Origin: Mustelus asterias
Lineage: Eukaryota
Length of the DNA stretch: 64,000 nucleotides
Assembly (NCBI RefSeq): GCF_964213995.1
Contig: NC_135823.1
Span: 1,488,001 to 1,552,000, forward strand
Direction: 5' to 3'
A program made the position numbers and the translations under genes. This document shows, piece by piece, positions 62,611 through 64,000 of this stretch. The notes under the pieces were generated by a model. It did not search any database and was not told where the DNA came from. It saw only the letters and a program-made list of their open reading frames with translations. The first letter of the stretch is position 1. Every line of letters starts with the position of its first letter.

Positions 62611-63470
62611 TATCATTCGTGGACCATGGGCATCGCTGGCTGGCCAGAACTTATTGTCCTTCTCAAGCTGCTCTTGAGAAGGTGGTGGTGAGCTGTCTTC
62701 TTGGAACGCTTGCAATCCACGTGCTGCGGATTGATCCACAATGCCAGTGGGGATCGAAATTCCAGAATTTTGACCCAGCTGCTGCGAAGGAACAGCAACA
62801 TATTGCCGAGCCAGGATGCTGAGTAGCTCGGAGGGGAACTTGCAGGTGGTGTTGTTCCCATATATGTTTGGGTGTCTCGATGGCACAGTGGTTAGCACTG
62901 CTGCCTCGCAGCGCCAGGGACCCACGTTCGATTCCCGGCTTGGGTCACTGTCTGTGTGGAGTTTGCACCTTCTCCCTTTGTCTGCGTGGGTTTCCTCCGG
63001 GTGCTCCGGTTTCCTCCCACAGTCCAAAGATGTCTGGGTCTGGTGCATTTGCGATGCTAAATTGCGCCCGAATGTCTCGGGATGCGTCGATTAGAGGAAT
63101 TAGCACATGTGGGATTACGGCCTGGGCATAGCCTGGGTGGGATTGTTGTCGGAGTAGACTCGATGGGCTGAATGGCCCCCTTCTGCACTGTTGGATTAGT
63201 ATGATTATTCTATGTATCTGCTGTCCCTGTCTTTCTAGATGGAAGTTGTCATGGGTTTCAAAGGTGTTGTCGAAGGATCTTTGGTGAATTGCTGCAGTCC
63301 ATTCTGTAGCTGGTACACACTGCTGCTACTGCGCCTCAGTGGTGGAGGCAGTGGATGTTTGTGGATGTGGTGCCATTCAAACAGAACCCTTTGTCCTGGA
63401 TGGTGTCAAGGTTCTTGAGTGTTGTTGGAGCTGTACCCAGCCAGGCAAGTAGGGAGTATTCGGCTGCACT
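62610..63470 (-). mobile_element. L2-type fragment with nested HE1 SINE (about 62878-63213, +)
   Basis: L2 sequence is continuous either side of the SINE. Confidence 0.75.
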
Positions 63471-63658
63471 CATAACTCAACTCGGGGGTTTGAGTTACTC
63501 TCCTTAGCACTCCTAAACTCTGAGCTGCTCCATCACATTCCTGACTTGAGGGTTGAATAAAGAATATCTGGATGGAATTACCGTGCAGCCAACAGTATTC
63601 AAGTGGAGCTTACTATCTCCAAAGGCTTGATTTTGACATTCAAAGATATCTCACTCAC

Positions 63659-63955
63659 CGGTGACATTGAAGGCCACGACGTTACTACGGGGTGACACAT
63701 ATTCCGTCCCTTTTACCGTTTTCACAAAGCTGCAACTGAAGGCTCCTCCATCATTTGGTGCCAGCTCTTTGATAGTAAATATGACGGTCCTCTCAGAGTC
63801 TGACATGTTATGGGTGTAGATGGCAGGCCCTTGTTCCCGATATAAGTGGGCGACGTCGCTTGGGTGGTTGCTGGTACAGTTAATGTTGACTCTCTCCCCC
63901 ACTGTGAACACACCAAACGTTGGCGCTATCGAGATGGCGGGTTTCGGCAGCTCAT
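63659..63955 (-). CDS. C2-type Ig domain exon of an LRC-like (LILR/KIR/CHIR-type) receptor
   Basis: Acceptor ttctacatattccag and donor ACCG|GTGAGT, 297 nt, phase 1/1, no stops. DELPKPAISIAPTFGVFTVGERVNINC...HLYREQG...FTIKELAPNDGGAFSCSF...SPRSNVVAFNVT, with 47 residues between Cys. Confidence 0.9.
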
Positions 63956-64000
63956 CTGGAATATGTAGAACACATCAATAGATTATTTATTAGTGGCACA

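Overview
Eukaryotic, repeat-dense genomic DNA from an elasmobranch (shark), inferred from abundant HE1-type V-SINEs and CR1/HER1-type LINEs. L2-, Rex/Babar- and Penelope-like fragments are also present. Most ORF-track entries are repeat-derived. Two convergent immunoglobulin-superfamily genes are hidden between the repeats. (1) On the + strand, 14003-27133, I can reconstruct a six-exon pseudogene of a non-rearranging antigen-receptor-like inhibitory receptor: leader / germline-joined VJ domain (YYC...LIFGNGSK) / TCR-Ig-like C1 domain / TM / cytoplasmic exon / ITIM exon (ILYTRL). It is disabled by two stops and a frameshift, plus a SINE at and a CR1 within the C1 exon. (2) On the - strand are two intact phase-1/1 C2-type Ig exons (63659-63955, 53969-54268) with leukocyte-receptor-complex (LILR/KIR/CHIR-like) motifs. 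A decayed downstream exon lies near 45.5 kb, and the 5' end of this gene lies beyond the window. Other structure includes 52-bp SINE-derived and 59-bp L2-derived tandem arrays, multi-level nested retroposons, and an old local duplication. All annotation was done by eye, so repeat boundaries are approximate and family names need database confirmation.
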